A model generated the notes under the pieces. It saw only the letters and a list, made by a program, of their open reading frames with translations. It did no database searches and was not told where the DNA came from. Both the position numbers and the translations under genes were made by a program. Below are positions 36,386-49,064 of a DNA stretch of 64,000 bases, in pieces. Source of the stretch: Ostrea edulis (lineage: Eukaryota); NCBI RefSeq assembly GCF_947568905.1, contig NC_079164.1:78182001-78246000 (forward strand), read 5' to 3'. Within the stretch, counting starts at the first letter, position 1. Each line of letters opens with the position of its first letter.

Positions 36386-37220
36386 TTGTATGAAACACGT
36401 CAGCCAGCATTTGGACTAATGTTAGACAGGTTTTATTTGCAAAGAAGATTACTATAACGACGACAGAATTTGTGAAATGCCGACAAACTTAGAGTTGACA
36501 CCTTTGCAGCAACAACTTATTTGTTGGTAGACTGTCTCGGTTCCAATTTTACTGTGAATGAATTGTTCTACTTTTAAAGTTATTTGTTAAAAACAAAACG
36601 GAGCTGAGTTCACTCTAGACAATGGTGAGAAGTTTCTTCTGTGTGACCCAATGCAATACAGTGCATGCAGTAATGGTGGACATATATTTCACTTTACGTA
36701 ATGATAAAAATTAACATACACAAAAGTTTAAATGTCATTTCTATCTTCCCAAATGACCCTAACCAACAACAAAATTATATTATTATACGTTCATGTAAAA
36801 TACTCGAATCTGATTGGTCGAGAAGCGTTTGAAAATATTTCCCTCTGAGAACAGAAAGCACGCGTTCCAGGATGATGATATCTAGCAACGGGTAACAGCA
36901 CTTGACAACGGTAGATATTTGTTTTGTTGTAATAGTATGATAACGAATTGAAAGGATAAATCTATGAAGACGAAAACAATACAAAAACAGTGTTAGCATC
37001 TAAGAAAATGAAAACAAAATCAAAGAGTAACACGTTAACGTATACCAATACTACATATAGTATATGAATTATCAGAAGTACACCAAAACTACGTGTAGTA
37101 TATGACTTAGCAGAAAAATCTATTTTACCTGATTTGAAAATACGAACACGGAATGATTTTCGCATTTACTTTACAGATGTTGAACATTTACCGGCAACAT
37201 GCCCAAAGCCTTCAGGTTAA

Positions 37221-37268
<48 letters not shown>

Positions 37269-37409
37269 CGTGGTTTTAGAGATATTTATGATGAATTTAA
37301 CATCAAGTTGGAGCATACATGTACAGTTCATCCCATAAACAGCAAAGAATGATTTTTTTAAAAAAACTCAAGATAGAACTATACCTTTAAAACAATGGTT
37401 TACATACTG

Positions 37410-38827
37410 CAGAGATGGGGTAATCGTAATCTGTAATCGTAATCGGCTGTAATCGATTACAGTTTTTCATGTAATCGAATGTAATTTGTAATCGTGTACT
37501 TTTTAGATTACATGTAATTGTAATTGTAATCGATTACATTAATTTTACCCTGTAATCATGATTATTTTTAGATTACTTTTTTGATTACTTTCATTAATTT
37601 TGTATATTTTTCATGTTTTTTTTAATTATCAACAAGTTTTCTTCTAATGATGTTTTTATAAATATTATTTCTTGATATCTTATTCATTTAAATCAGATGC
37701 ATTTATTAATTTATTTCATTCTATATGTTTTATATTTTTATTTTACAAAAAAACTCGAAATAGAGTTAGCACCCTTAGTAGTGGAATGAGTTTGTGATCA
37801 AATTCTATGTTAAACAGTAAGCGTGGTTGACAAGTTACAATGCTCTGATGTTGTGGTGTGGACCCCAAACAACTGCCTTTGCGCTTACAACACAGATATT
37901 TGCTCATCAATAAGTTTGTTATGCAAAATCTGAAAGTTAAACTTAGTTGTTTTCTCGGATTTCCTCTGTGGCATAGGTTACAATGCCATACCAATTTTTA
38001 GCTTACATATCAACACTTCCCATCATAATTTTGAAAGTTATTTAAACATTTTAACCTGGTTATACCAGTTATAAGATCCTCCAGAGAATGTGGATCAATG
38101 ATGGCCACTTAGCACATTAATATTACCTTTCCGGTCTGGCACTAGGTTATAGCGTTTTAATGCTATCTGAATTTTATATTAAAAGGCTTTCATGCAATTT
38201 TCAGATTCACTGTTGTAGAATAGATTTATCTTCTTTCAGTTAAAAAAAAACAGGCCAAGTACCCCTCCCCCATATTTGTTTTTGGAACAGCCTATAGATT
38301 TCACCGTTGTTTTATCAAGTTTTAATGTTTGATTAAATTTCCTGATGGGGTAATCCAACCTTCATAACACAAAACAAAAACAACAACAAAAATGGCTATC
38401 GGAAGATGAAGGTTTTATACACCTTTTCTTGGAATTCAGTTTAGATACACTTGATCTCTACAGGTGAATTTCTACTAATTGACAGATACTAAACAAACAA
38501 CTTGTGCACTGGAAACTGGGTGCTATTATCTAAGTTCCCTAGAGTGTGACATATCACCTGGGATATTTATAATATGTGGGTTTTAATTATGAGACAAATA
38601 ACAGCTAGGTCTTGGTTTAGAGTGGGATGGGTGCAGTAGTAAAGATAAAGCTTTACTCAGCGAAAGTATCTAAAAGTAATCTGTAATTGTAATTGATTAC
38701 TTTTCAAAACAATTGTAATTATAATCAATTACATTTCAAAATAGATGTAATTGCAATTGTAATCATAAATTTCAATGTAATCTGTAATTATAATCGATTA
38801 CTTTGAATGTAATTGACCCCATGTCTG
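37410..38827. mobile_element. hAT-like non-autonomous element, 1.4 kb, with GTAATC/GATTAC subterminal repeats
   Basis: TIR CAGAGATGGGGT / CAGACATGGGGT; flanks ttacata(ct)g and ttacatag consistent with an eroded 8-bp TSD. Confidence 0.7.
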
Positions 38828-39255
38828 TTACATAGATCCATCGTCCTCGGGTAATTTATGACTATGGAACATGACAAACCGGAACGTCCCAATTTACTGA
38901 TAAAAACTGCTCATCTGAGAGGACGTTCTCGTTATTTATCGCAACAAGATATAATGAAGAAAACTTATAGACGCAAGCACCAAAGTCGGCCGTAACTACT
39001 TGTAACTATCAGTGCTATGTAAAGCGATCAATCTCACAAATACCATAAAAAATACGAAACTGAGAGAACAAACACAACACCTGGAAATACCCGATGTGGG
39101 ATCAGGTGCCTAGGAGAAGTAAGCATCGCCTGTTAACTATCAAAACTGTAAAATAAACCATTTAGAAGCCTTCACATTTATTTATTCCTGAATTAGTACA
39201 TTCTGGCAGGTTAAGGGTATTGATCATATTTTAGATAATATTCTATTGCCTTGGA

Positions 39256-39476
39256 TACTGTAGATTCCTTATTTTACATGAGTACTTATTATTACGAAAT
39301 GACTCATGGACGTCAAATCGCGAGAAAATAAATTCGCGAATGTTCTGTTGACCAAGTGTTTTTGCATGTATTCAAGCAATATAAAAATAAAAGCGAGAAA
39401 TGTTTTTTCGCGAGCGATGTTTCTCGCGAAATTACGTGATAATAAATTTCTCGCGTATATTGAGGAATTTACAGTA
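39256..39476. mobile_element. Tc1/mariner-type MITE, ~220 bp
   Basis: TIR tactgtagattcct / tactgtaaattcct including terminal TA; internal TCGCGA repeats. Confidence 0.75.
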
Positions 39477-41797
39477 ATATCCCATTGAATGAAGTAACTT
39501 TCATCTCTAAAGAAATAAAAATGCTCACTGAAGAGTGTGTTTAGCTATGGCTTAATAGCTATATTTTCAAATTTAAAGACTGTTAAAAAGGTGACGTATG
39601 AATACAGGGAGGAAATATGATATAAAGGTGCAACAAAGAGAAAATAAATACTAGTACTATAAGTCCTGGTTATTGGAAGGAAAACCAAACAGTTAAGTCG
39701 CCTCTTTCAATGCGAAAATAAATGGTACAAGTTATCAGATCCCATATGTCGAAAATTACATTCGTAGGGATATTTATAAAAATCATAATTATCTTTATGT
39801 AACTTCCGTAAGTTGATTTGATAGAATAACCTTCCAAATCCAATCACTAAAATACCAAGATACATTATCTTAGGATGTTTCACTTCAAAGTGAAATGGAA
39901 GTGAAGTTTCAAATGGCGATACATGACTCAAACTTGGTAAAATCGGCGAGATTTCAGAAAATGGTTACAATTTGCCATTTTTTCGTCAATAGTGTATATG
40001 TTGATCACCAATTCATTTGAAAACTTTTTTACGTTCGGTTCCAATTTATAATACTCAGATAGTAGTGAAATAAACTTAAATTAACATCAATTTAGCCAAC
40101 CCTTAAAAAGAAATTAACAATTTATAGATGGGGTCATTACATATTTTAAGCGGTAAACACGCCGCGGCCGGAGTTGCTTTTCTCTGTTGTGTATGTCTCT
40201 GATATAAGTTTATTATTTTATAATGTAGGCCCGCAGTAAATTACGGTCATCTTGTTCAAACTATAATGTACAAGTATAATCGCCCGCCCCCTTCTGGCCG
40301 ATACTGACCACTGACCAGTTTGTGACTGCAGTAGTTGACAATACTTCGTTCATTCCATTACGACGCCCTATTTATGTGATTAAAAATAAACATACCTACA
40401 TGTATAACATGTTGAAACGATTCCTCACATTTTGTCATTTAAACATCAATAAGATTTATGTAAACACGAAATGACTCTATTTGTCCGTACAATACATGTC
40501 AATATGTAATTTTAAGGTGGGTCCTTAGTCCTGGATTTTTGGGGTTTAGGTAGCATATTTCCATATTAATTTTCATTACATACACCACTAAAGTCATATA
40601 CTCCGATGTAGATTTTTATGAAATTCATTGGAAACAGTTATTTGTTGTTATTTTAATATAAAAACAACAAAATATTTTTTGAATTGCATTTATTTATCGG
40701 GAAACATGTCAATAACTAAAGCACATGTCATTTTCAATATGTTCATCAAGTTTTAGAATAATATATGCACAATTATTGAATTAGCGTTATTCCCCAAAAT
40801 GTTAAAAAGCAAACAAATGTGGACGCATTTTCCTTATAGCATGGTTTACATATAATTTTTTCTGTTTATATTAGTAGAGTTACATCTGTTATAGTTATTC
40901 ATGGGAAAAAATCCATACCTTTCCTTAATAATTTCAAATCTATAGCTTCCAGATTATGTATACCCCCATCAAAAACTGAAGTCTGGCACCATACAGCTGA
41001 GCTATTTAAAATCACTCGGGATTAAAATTGTATGTAATTTCATGAAAAGACACAGATAATGATTCCTTATCACCTTAGTAAAATGTTTGTCAAAAATAGA
41101 GGAAATCTATCGCATTATGGACTTGATAAATAATTGAATGAAAACAGAGTTATTGTCCTTGGATTCAATATTTTGAAACATATCATTGACTATTCAAATA
41201 TAACTAAGAATTTTGAAATATTTTATGGCTAGCAAGATTTTTTACAATAACTATTGAAAAAAATTCCAACAAAATTTATGTTCCTATCATTAAATCATTG
41301 ACTTTGCAAAATCCTATGACGTCACAGGGGTGTGGAACTACGTTAATATTTCACTCCAGATGCAAGAAAACTACAGTGTATGTCGAGTCATGACAAGATG
41401 AACAAACAATGCCTCTAAATGCTATTATGAAATGGTTACAATTTCGATCGTTGTCCCCCCCCCCTTTTTTTAGTCGATATTTCATGTCGATAGTTTGAAT
41501 TTCCCAGTATCATTTTTTTAACATTCACTAAACAGTGCGTGTCTGTTATTAGATCTTTAGAAGGACGGAATTAAAACCTATCGGTAGCCTCCGTGATGCT
41601 AATCACCGATAATGCACTAAATCTGAGACAAAACTAGGTGTACGGTGTTAAACAGATAGTAGGCCTACTTAATCCCATTGTTGCTCACCAAAACTGCAAA
41701 TTCAAACACTTTTAGATCTCCTTGTATTTTTAGCGAACGAAATGTCTATTTAGAACGTCCTGTATAATCATTTAGGGTGAATGTCTTGTATGAAATT

Positions 41798-41852
<55 letters not shown>

Positions 41853-42196
41853 GGGTAAACTGTAAGTCAGGACGAATTTTAACCAATGGGCAGAATTGCA
41901 CCATGAGGACCAAAACAAAAATGTCCTCATAATTATGTCCTCTTAAATGTGACCTACAGCGTGTGAAAGATGTAGATACAAAATGTTAGCTTAGTGAGGA
42001 TAAATGGTGTGAGGATATGTCCTTACTAATATTCTCTCTCAGAAACCTTTTTTCATAATTCGAGGGATAGTATTAGATAAGCCTTTATAGGTATCCCTAC
42101 AGCTATACCTAACATAGTACTTTTTTGCCTTTAGAATAATATATGTGTGTAATTTCTTTTACAAATTGTGAGGACGTCATCACTTAGGTTTGGTCG

Positions 42197-42413
42197 NNNN
42201 NNNNNNNNNNNNNNNNNNNNNNNNNNNNNNNNNNNNNNNNNNNNNNNNNNNNNNNNNNNNNNNNNNNNNNNNNNNNNNNNNNNNNNNNNNNNNNNNNNNN
42301 NNNNNNNNNNNNNNNNNNNNNNNNNNNNNNNNNNNNNNNNNNNNNNNNNNNNNNNNNNNNNNNNNNNNNNNNNNNNNNNNNNNNNNNNNNNNNNNNNNNN
42401 NNNNNNNNNNNNN
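42197..42413. other. Assembly gap, 217 N
   Basis: N run. Confidence 1.
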
Positions 42414-42842
42414 TTGATACGATTTATATACAGTAATTGTGCAAACTTTGATTCCATTTTTCGACTGACCCAAAAGAAAATGCTTTGTCGCAAAAATTTT
42501 AATATCGCTTTATCCCATGTTGTATTTATTGTTTCATCCCCCCTTTATACTAATTAGAACTTTAATTACCATTTTCCCTCTCCAATTTTATGCTCTATCT
42601 CCCATATACGCTGTACATGCATTCGGAATTCAATACCTTCCCCTCTCGAACCCCGCGAAATATATGTAAAGTATCAACGTAATTGTTTGGTGTTATTGTT
42701 TATATTGAAGATAAATTTACCAAACTAATTACAAGGTTTACCTAATAGTGCTTTGTTTACGAAGATAATTAGGCAGCCTTGGTTTCACCCAATCGTCCTA
42801 AATATTTCATGGTAACCTCCACTCGATAAGGGACCAGTAAAA

Positions 42843-42851
42843 GTATAAATT
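42843..42851 (+). promoter_or_regulatory. Candidate TATA box of the GPx gene
   Basis: GTATAAATT about 55 nt upstream of the ATG at 42901. Confidence 0.4.
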
Positions 42852-42900
42852 CAAGGGGTTTAAAACAGAAACCATACACAACACAGTACAGAGTAAAACC

Positions 42901-45121
42901 ATGCTTCTCTTCATTGTAGTCCTCGCCCTCGTGGCTTCACCCAGCCTGGCCCTCATTGGGAAATGTTCTCAGCCAATATCTGACGCTACCACCATTCATG
43001 GTTTTACCATGCCAAACATTTTCAAGACTGGTTCCATCAATTTCGCTGATTTCCGAGGCAAGGTGGTCCTGGTGGTGAATGTTGCTACGTACTGTGACCA
43101 CACCCCACAGTTTCTGGGACTAAATGCCCTCCAGAAGGAGTTCGGACCTGACCTTCAGATCATTGGAGTCCCCACTGATCAATTCCACTTTGTAAGTTTC
43201 TTTAGAATTCTCAGGTAACTTGACCATGATGTTCTTTGTAAGTACAATTAGATAATTTGTGCCTTTTGAGTTTAGAAAAAACCTTAATTCCACGTTATTC
43301 TAAATCTGCATAAAATCGCATTGAATGAAGCATTTTAGACATGGAAATATTCTGTGAACAGGATTCCCAAAGAATGATACTGGTGTAATATTTAAAATCT
43401 GTTTTATTTCAATCTATCTACAACATCACTAATGAATGCTTCTCATACTCAAGTGATCTTAATTTTTTTTTTAAAATGCATGAAAGAAAAAACCAAATTA
43501 ACAGAATACGTTTTATCTTTCAATTAATTATTTTGGTTATATTTTTGTACTTTCCGAATTAATTATAGTAATTCAAAAATTTATCTTTAGGAGGAACCCG
43601 GTGCAAACGGAACGGAAATTATGAATGGACTAAAATACGTCAGACCCGGAAACGGATTTGTTCCAGCATTCCCTCTCACCGCTAAAACGGCAGTTAACGG
43701 ACTCCACGAGCACAAAATGTTCACCTACTTGAAAGTAAGCAAAATTGTCAGCATCATATTTAGCGCTTTGGAATACTCGATGGTGTTCCTCACTATTTCG
43801 ATGGCGTTCCTAACTATTTTGAAGTCATGTCCTTTGGTCGTCATCTTGCAGTAAAAACACCATTTTCCCCACTTTGACCTTTGTAAATCATCAGTCACCC
43901 ATATGTCGATTCGATATAATCTCAATGAACTCGAAATAAAAGAAACAAAGGTCTTCCAAATTTGCTTCATACTTCGATATTTTGTTGAACATAGATGTTA
44001 ACGGTAAACTAAAAACTCAACTTTATGACAAACGGAATGACTTCAGCTTCCCCATTGTCATCTTCCCATATTTATGCTGCAATATTCAATTTTCACCTTC
44101 ATTTTATGTTTCTCAAATGATTCGATACGCAAGAGCTTGTTCTGCGTATGGTCATTTTTTTTTTTATCGAGGCGAGCTACTGACAAACAAGTTGATGGTA
44201 CAAGAGTTTCAATATCTTCGTTAAAAGTCAACATTTCGCAAATTTTATGGTCTTTATAACGATCTAATTTACTAGTACAACCTGTCATTGAATAAAATGC
44301 AGTCTGATATGTTTTATACTAATAAGCCGTTCTTGACTATGAATTACTTCGTTTACCCGATCGAGATATATACGGCGTGTGTGACCAGTCGACAGATGTT
44401 TATTCCTCCTACGCACCTGATCCCATCACTGGTATGTCCATAAGGATCCGTGTTTGCCCTACTATTAATTTTTGTAATCTTTGTTGGAATTATAAGATTG
44501 ATCACTGTTCGTTATCTTCACCTTTTCCGTATCTTTTGTAATTTCTTTTTTAAAAAATGAATATGTTTCATTTATTATTGCCGCGATCCCCTACGATGGT
44601 GCAATCCATAGAGTAGCACAGAATCTTCAATTTACTTGCAAATTCCAGCAGAACGCTCAGGTAGTTGATAGTGTAAAGAAAGTTAGAGGGTTTTTTTCAC
44701 TGCCAGATTGTGATCAGTGTTGACATAACTCCGGTTAAAAAAGGAAATGACGTGTCACGAAAAATCTCTCTTTGAGAATTCATGATCAATTTCTTATTAA
44801 GAAGTTGCCGCAGATAACTCTGATGTTCAGCTTAATATTGTTTGCTTAAAAAGGCCAGATTAAAATGAAGAAATTTACGTATTTCAGAAATACTGTGAAC
44901 CAACCGACGAGCTGTTCTATCCTGGGTTGACCTACCAAGGAAACAAAGTCCACGACATCCGCTGGAACTTTGAGAAAATCCTCGTCGACAAGACAGGGAA
45001 ACCTGTCAAAAGATACAATGTCTACGTGCTTCCGGCTGACCTCCGTGACGATATCCGGGCCGAGATCCAAAGAGCAGAAGAACATCACAGACTCCCAATA
45101 TTGGGACCTTTCTTGGGTTGA
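42901..45121 (+). CDS. Secreted glutathione peroxidase (GPx3/5/6-like), Cys-type, 222 aa
   Basis: Exons 42901-43191, 43591-43734, 44888-45121, phase 0, GT-AG. Signal peptide [17 protein letters not shown]; motifs [46 protein letters not shown]. Confidence 0.93.
43870..44530 (+). mobile_element. Penelope-like RT 3' fragment in GPx intron 2
   Basis: [38 protein letters not shown]; ends with the shared family 3' end gattgatcactgttcgttatcttcacctt. Confidence 0.8.
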
Positions 45122-45259
45122 AGGATTTTTGTTGGGTTTTTTTTATTGGAAAAAGCTATATGAATTTAAACTTTTATATACTATGATTGATTAAATCGTG
45201 TTTCAAAATATATAGGTATTTTAGTAGTTCGTTTTTTTTTGGGGGGGGGGGGAGTCGAG

Positions 45260-45440
45260 GGTGTAATGACATAGGGTTCATGGTGGGTGTGACCGGTCGA
45301 CAGGGTTTGTTTACTCCTCCTAGGCACCTAATCCCACCTCTGGTATATCCAGGAGTCCGTGTTTGCCCACCTCTCTATTTTGTATTGCTTATAGGAGTTA
45401 TGAGATTGATCAATGTTCGTTATCTTCACCTTTCATGTAT
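45260..45440 (+). mobile_element. Penelope-like 3' end fragment
   Basis: Same family 3' end. Further copies at ~39000-39135 (-), 52730-53100 (-), 56895-57030 (+). Confidence 0.75.
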
Positions 45441-45654
45441 ATATAAGCAGTATAGATGGAAAGACAACTTGCAAGTAGTGGCTCTGAAATGTTAGTACAA
45501 TAGACTACGTTTCAAAAAATAGAACCAAAAAGACAGGAGACACATCGAATTTATGTACCACATTATCTAGTTCATTCACCCGTCAGCGTTTTATGTGTAA
45601 ATAATAAACTTCGAGTTCACACCAAAATGAAGTTTACAGAATACACCATAAACA

Positions 45655-45915
45655 ATAAGTCATGAGCAGAAGTAACAAAATTATAAAACGTTGGCACCAC
45701 ACCTCCACTGAACATGACTTGCGCTGGGTAACATTGGGTATATATATAAGAACCCGTTACCGAGCATTTCAATCTCACAGGACACAGATGGTAAGACATG
45801 ACAGTAGTGGTTATTGACCATACCACTCACTGGACCGATGTGGAGAGAAAAAACAAGGAGAAATTCTGGATGCATAGACTGAAGTCATTCTGCCCTAATG
45901 ACATGAACAAACCCC
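45655..45915 (+). mobile_element. Penelope-like GIY-YIG endonuclease C-terminal remnant (different family)
   Basis: From 45753: PVTEHFNLTGHRW*DMTVVVIDHTTHWTDVERKNKEKFWMHRLKSFCPNDMN. Confidence 0.65.
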
Positions 45916-46510
45916 AGACAATTATATCACTTGGGTTCGAATTGACTATTATTATAGAACTCTAAATATAGGGTACCCAAGTTTGCCGAGGTAAAAGCAA
46001 TAAACCATTTGGTATAAAATTCTACTTTGTATTCTAATATATTCAAACATAATCAATCCACATTACCACCAAAGTTTATCCCGAATTTCCGTATCCTTCC
46101 CAAGATATGCAGAAATGAATTCGGAAAAAGGCTTATTTTTTGATCGAATGTTAGCTGGGCCCTGGCACTATACGACTAAACATATTGTTTAAGCATTGCA
46201 ACAAGCTATTAAATAGAATGGGCAGCATTATATATCATTTTTAAGTTGAATTTCTTACTCCAATTCTGGGAATTGTCTGTACTTTCCCTTATCACAGCCA
46301 TTTTGACTGGTGTAACTAATTACCCCAAAAGGATTATAGGACCATAACTATTTAGAGACTCAAATACTTTTTTTTTATCAATATCAATTCATTATAGCAC
46401 ATACATTATGCTACATGTAATAACAAGTCTTTATAAAGGTACAATGCCTTTCTTGAATTATTTCTACTTTTATCCAAATTTATCCAAACTACATTAACAC
46501 AAGCGTTTGA

Positions 46511-46567
<57 letters not shown>

Positions 46568-46589
46568 GAATATGTATTGAATGTGATGT

Positions 46590-46925
46590 ACATTCAACGA
46601 AGTCGAAGGTTACTTTCGGTTTGCACACCGTCCGTCCGTCTGTCCGTCAGTCTAGTAAATCAGTTTTCCTCACTTTTTTTCTCTGTTTTTGCAGTTATTT
46701 ATTTCATATTTGGGGCATTACTTTGCCATAACAAGTTACAGTTCAAGTTCGAATTTCGTCTCGGTCCGTTGATTTTTCACTTAGCTATGGCCCTTCGACT
46801 TTACAGATATTCATTTTATATTTGGTACATTGCATGCCATAACAAGTTACAGATCAACTTCATATTTCGTCTCGGTCCGTTGATTTTTTACGAAGCTATG
46901 GCCCTTGGACTCAGAAAAATAGCAT
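46590..46925 (+). mobile_element. HINE-like fragment
   Basis: Head followed by ccgtccgtccgtctgtccgtc and two tandem internal units. Confidence 0.55.
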
Positions 46926-46961
46926 GCATTAGGCCTATTAGTTTACCTCCAAGTTTCTTAA

Positions 46962-47479
46962 AGGGACTGATTCACGATTTTCCTCCAAATTTTATTTTTC
47001 ACTTTAAATGATCAAAATCTACAGTCTAATACGTTTAGAAGGTTTCACAAAAAAAAAATCAAGGTTATTCATCGTGACAGAAGCCCATCTTAGAGAGTTT
47101 ATTATTTGTTTTGAAAATAAAGATTGAGGTGTGTTATTGTTTACGGGTTTTCAAAATAAATGGATATTGATCCAAGTTTATTCTATATATCACATCCCAA
47201 GTATACTTCAGGTAAAATGTGTCATTTAAAAATTAAAAGTTGTGATTATACAAAATAAAGATGCTTTAAATTACAAAATTAACGTTTCACTGGTTTGTTT
47301 GTTTACATAAAAAGACTCGAGTCTTTGTTTACATAACACAGAATCGAAGTTAAAATATTTGTCTTATCCTTCCATTCAGACGGTTCAAATTTTGGTTGTC
47401 AACATTAAATGAGCTATATTTTTAATTTCTAACATTAAAAATGAAAAACATTTCTTTCGAAAAACGTGAACCAGTCCCT
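46962..47479. mobile_element. Kolobok-type MITE, 518 bp
   Basis: TIR AGGGACTGATTCACG / AGGGACTGGTTCACG; TTAA on both flanks (46958-46961, 47480-47483). Confidence 0.85.
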
Positions 47480-48283
47480 TTAAGTTCTGTAGATAAGAGT
47501 ACTACACTCATTCAAACTTCTAGCATAGTAATAAAACAATGGTCTAGTCTTTATACCTGAATAGTAGTTAATATCAATCAAAGTCCCTATCTGTGTTGTT
47601 TCAGCTAATCAGCCACGTAAGCTAGGCCTAATATCCTTGATTCTATTCGGAGTGATGTCATGAAAAAAATTCTGACGAAAAAGCAACTTTCACTCCATTT
47701 TTTGTTGGACTTTTCACGCACCACTTTTGTTTCCAGTAAACACTCATACCCGGTATTGTATTTTATCGCACTATCGCATTTGTGTTTGGTAATAATATTG
47801 TGACAGGTCGAGCGCTGTATTCCTAATCAATATGCGGGTATGTCTCCCTCAACGAACGAAATCATTAAAAGCTGTGAGTTTTCGGGTCATATGGGATTTT
47901 AACGAATATATGAAGGTATGTTTGGACACAAGTATAGTAGGAAATTATGTTAGGATTTTTTAAATATTAAATTCATAAGACTGTGATACAAGAATATAGC
48001 GATATAAGGCCTCAACCGTGCGCATTTGGGTTTTTTTTTTTGTGCGCCATAAATCGAAGGTTTTTATAAGGGGTGGATCTGGAGCTCTCTGATCTGTCCC
48101 AATATTTTCTCAGAGAGCTACGGTTCAGCAGCTAGTCTCCCACCCAATTTGTCCCTGTATTTATTTTTAAAACTCGCATTATTTCGTCATTCTGAATAAA
48201 TGACAAACTTTTACAACTGACATGTTTTTCTGTTATGATTTACATGGAAATAAACAAAGCTGCAGTGTTGCCTTGGATTAATA

Positions 48284-48621
48284 CAGAGGCGTATCAAATG
48301 ATAAAATAATGGAAGTATAGGCGCCAAGCGATTCCCAGCAGGTCCAGGGCAGGTCCCTGGTAGGGGAACCAGGGGTCAAAGCCACGAAAACGAATTTAAG
48401 CATTAAATGTCATAAGATGGTTGATTTATCTTCATATTGGTTCAGACTTGGGGGAACGTTCATAATCCCCCAATTTTAACCTTGTCGAAAATTAGCATAC
48501 CATAACCAGAAAGTCCGGAGATAGACATGGACGACATTTTTTAAGCCATAGACGACTTATTTTTTGTTGAAAATCCCGTGTAGGCATGGGCTAATGTGCT
48601 ACCGTTGATGTTACGCCCCTG
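48284..48621. mobile_element. 338-bp TIR element with 5-bp TSD
   Basis: TIR CAGAGGCGTATC / CAGGGGCGTAAC; TAATA at 48279-48283 and 48622-48626. Confidence 0.7.
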
Positions 48622-49064
48622 TAATAAAACGGTTTTAACATATTTATTGGTATCATTTAGCTAGCTGTAGAACTGTAGCAGAGTGTCCTGTCACAATATT
48701 TTTCAGAGTGCTACAGTTCTGCAGCTAGGTTTTAACATAAATATTGGTATCAATCGTTTTTATATGCAACACTGCATTAGAGATTTGACAGTGAAACACA
48801 TAATATATGTATATCTATAATTATTTAAAGCCTTTCTTAAAGTGACATACTACCAAGCTCGTCTGCAATGCAGCATGTGGCGAACTGACAAAGTTCATGG
48901 TCTCAAGGAGCTTATATCGTGTGCTTTATTAAACATTGGGTTATTAAACAGCTGGGTTAAAGACAGGGCATGACACGGAATATTATCCACACGTTTAAAC
49001 TTTCCCTTTGCCACTAGCTGATCACGTGCTTGAACACATAGTTGTGTTAAGCCTTTTCTCTACT

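Noticed and set aside
42131-42557. ORFs with X runs
   Set aside because: They span the N gap.
45122-45200. Possible vestigial SECIS after the GPx stop
   Set aside because: Only an AT-rich ATGA..AAA..GA coincidence with no stable helices, and the active-site codon is TGT.
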